A DNA stretch of 64,000 nucleotides, from positions 97,650,001-97,714,000 of the forward strand of contig NC_043003.1 of NCBI RefSeq assembly GCF_006345805.1. Direction: 5' to 3'. Positions within the stretch are counted from its first letter, which is position 1. Each line of letters begins with the position of its first letter. The position numbers and the translations under genes were made by a program. The notes under the pieces were generated by a model. The model was not told the DNA's origin, made no database searches, and saw only the letters and a list, made by a program, of their open reading frames with translations. This DNA comes from Octopus sinensis. Lineage: Eukaryota. Of the stretch, positions 62,415 through 64,000 are shown in pieces.

Positions 62415-62717
62415 TATATATATATACATACCTTTATGAATACACGCGTGCACACACATGAGTGAAAAATGCATTAAATACTACAAAACATAAACGTAGG
62501 ACAGACACTAATTCTTCATCAGATCAAAAATACTAATAGTCAGTTTCGTGCTTTTAACAACAAGATTGAGAACCTTGTATATCGGCAGCACCCGCAAGAT
62601 TTGCGTAGAATTAGGGCTTGAGCAAACAAGACAATACAGGGTGGAAATACAAAAGTAAACAAATATAATTTGAAATGATAGACAAAGAAGGAATAGATAC
62701 AACCTTTCGGTCAAACA

Positions 62718-62860
62718 CTAGAATTTTAGCGGAACATATTAAGCAATACTAATAATAGATTAAAAAACATAAAAATAAGCAAGCTTTTGACAGTTTTATC
62801 AATATTTCAAAATTATGATGCTCTGATGCTAGCTGTTTCCATTATTTTGTCCAACCCCTG
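62718..62860 (-). mobile_element. Second copy of the same Tc1 left end, in direct orientation
   Basis: About 145 bp closely matching 62270-62414 and ending CCAACCCCTG|TA. Confidence 0.85.
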
Positions 62861-62899
62861 TATATATATATATATGTATATATATCAAATGAGTCAACC

Positions 62900-63160
62900 C
62901 TAGTACTTGTTTGTTTTAAGCCTGGTATTCATTCTATCAGTCTCTTTTGTTGAACTGCTAAGTTACAAGGCTGTAAACACACCAACACCGGTTGTGAAGC
63001 AGTGTTAGGGGACAAAGACATACACAGTAACATGCACACATATATATATATACCTATATACATACAACAGGCTTCTTTCAGCTTTCATCTACCAAATCTA
63101 CTCACAATGTTTTGGTCAGCCCAAGGCTATAATAGAAGACACTTGCCCAAGATGGCATGC
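62900..63160 (-). mobile_element. SINE family A, degenerate partial
   Basis: TTCTATCAGTCTCTTTTG..AGGCTTCTTTCAG..GACACTTGCCCAAG. Confidence 0.75.
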
Positions 63161-63309
63161 ATTGGGAATATATATAAATATATGTATGTGTGTCTGTATA
63201 TATATATATTTATGTATATATGTATGTATAAGTACATATGTGTGTGTGTGTGTATATATGTATGTATGTGTATATATATGTATGTGTGTGTATGTATGTA
63301 TGAAGGTAT

Positions 63310-63510
63310 CTCTTTTACTCTTTTACTTGTTTCAGTCATTTGACTGCAACCATGCTGGAGCACCGCCTTTAATCGAGCAACTCGACCCTGGGACTTATTC
63401 TTTGTAAGCCCAGCACTTATTCTATTGGTCTCTTTTGCTGAACCGCTAAGTGAAGGGGACATAAACACACCAGCATCGGTTGTCAAGCAATGTTGGGGGA
63501 ACTAACACAG

Positions 63511-63545
<35 letters not shown>

Positions 63546-63708
63546 CATATATACGATGGGCTTCTTTCAGTTTCCGTCTACCAGATCCACTCACAAGGCT
63601 TTGGTCAGCCCAAGGCTGTAGTAGAAGACACTTGCCCAAGGTGCCATGCAGTGGGACTGAACTCGGAACCATGTGGTTGGTAAGCAAACTACTTGCCACA
63701 CAGCCACT
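63310..63708 (-). mobile_element. SINE family A, near full length
   Basis: Tail CTCTTTTACTCTTTTACTTG through CACACAGCCACT. Confidence 0.92.
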
Positions 63709-63911
63709 ATATATATATATGTATATTTATATATATTCACATACAGTTTTTAGATTCCGTGCTGCTTCAAGTTTCGCAAGCCCCTAATAGAGGCTGGAGG
63801 GATCCCACCAGCCAGTGGAGACAGGCTCCATTATGGACTTGCAAAACTTGAACTAGCACGGAATCTGAATCAAGCTGTTTTGAATAATCCATGTAACACC
63901 CAATGAGTACA

Positions 63912-63975
<64 letters not shown>

Positions 63976-64000
63976 TCTTTATCTTTTATTAAACTTTTAA

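Overview
Repeat-dense metazoan (eukaryotic) DNA, AT-rich with many (TA)n/(CA)n/(GA)n microsatellites. The SINE-like repeats resemble those I recall from Octopus/cephalopod genomes; the taxon is an inference. No host protein-coding gene can be supported, only three weak minus-strand exon candidates. Almost everything identifiable is transposable-element derived. Non-LTR retroelements: a near full-length L1/Tx1-clade LINE with a target-site duplication (TSD; 44498-49570), an ORF1-only 'half-L1'-like element inserted into the tRNA head of a SINE (11249-13627), a degenerate CR1/L2-group LINE (7680-10785), several 5'-truncated RTE pieces and a Penelope-like element (14060-15326). DNA transposons: a Helitron Rep remnant (~50020-52013), three mariner remnants, a Tc1 remnant, a Tigger-like element and a hAT MITE. 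There are also many copies of at least three tRNA-headed SINE families, labelled A, D and E here. Label B denotes an RTE 3' end, and a tRNA-like plus hammerhead module belongs to the Penelope-like element. The most interesting signals are: (1) Penelope terminal modules that join a tRNA-like Pol III head to a minimal hammerhead ribozyme motif; (2) the ORF1-only Tx1-like element; (3) SINE/LINE 3'-tail sharing, including a covarying stem-loop and a SINE paired with a Tx1 tail; (4) an 86-bp tandem array built from a D-arm-less tRNA-Glu(TTC); (5) a dense array of nuclear-receptor AGGTCA direct repeats at 26214-26278. Most boundaries are approximate, except where a TSD or terminal inverted repeat (TIR) is quoted.
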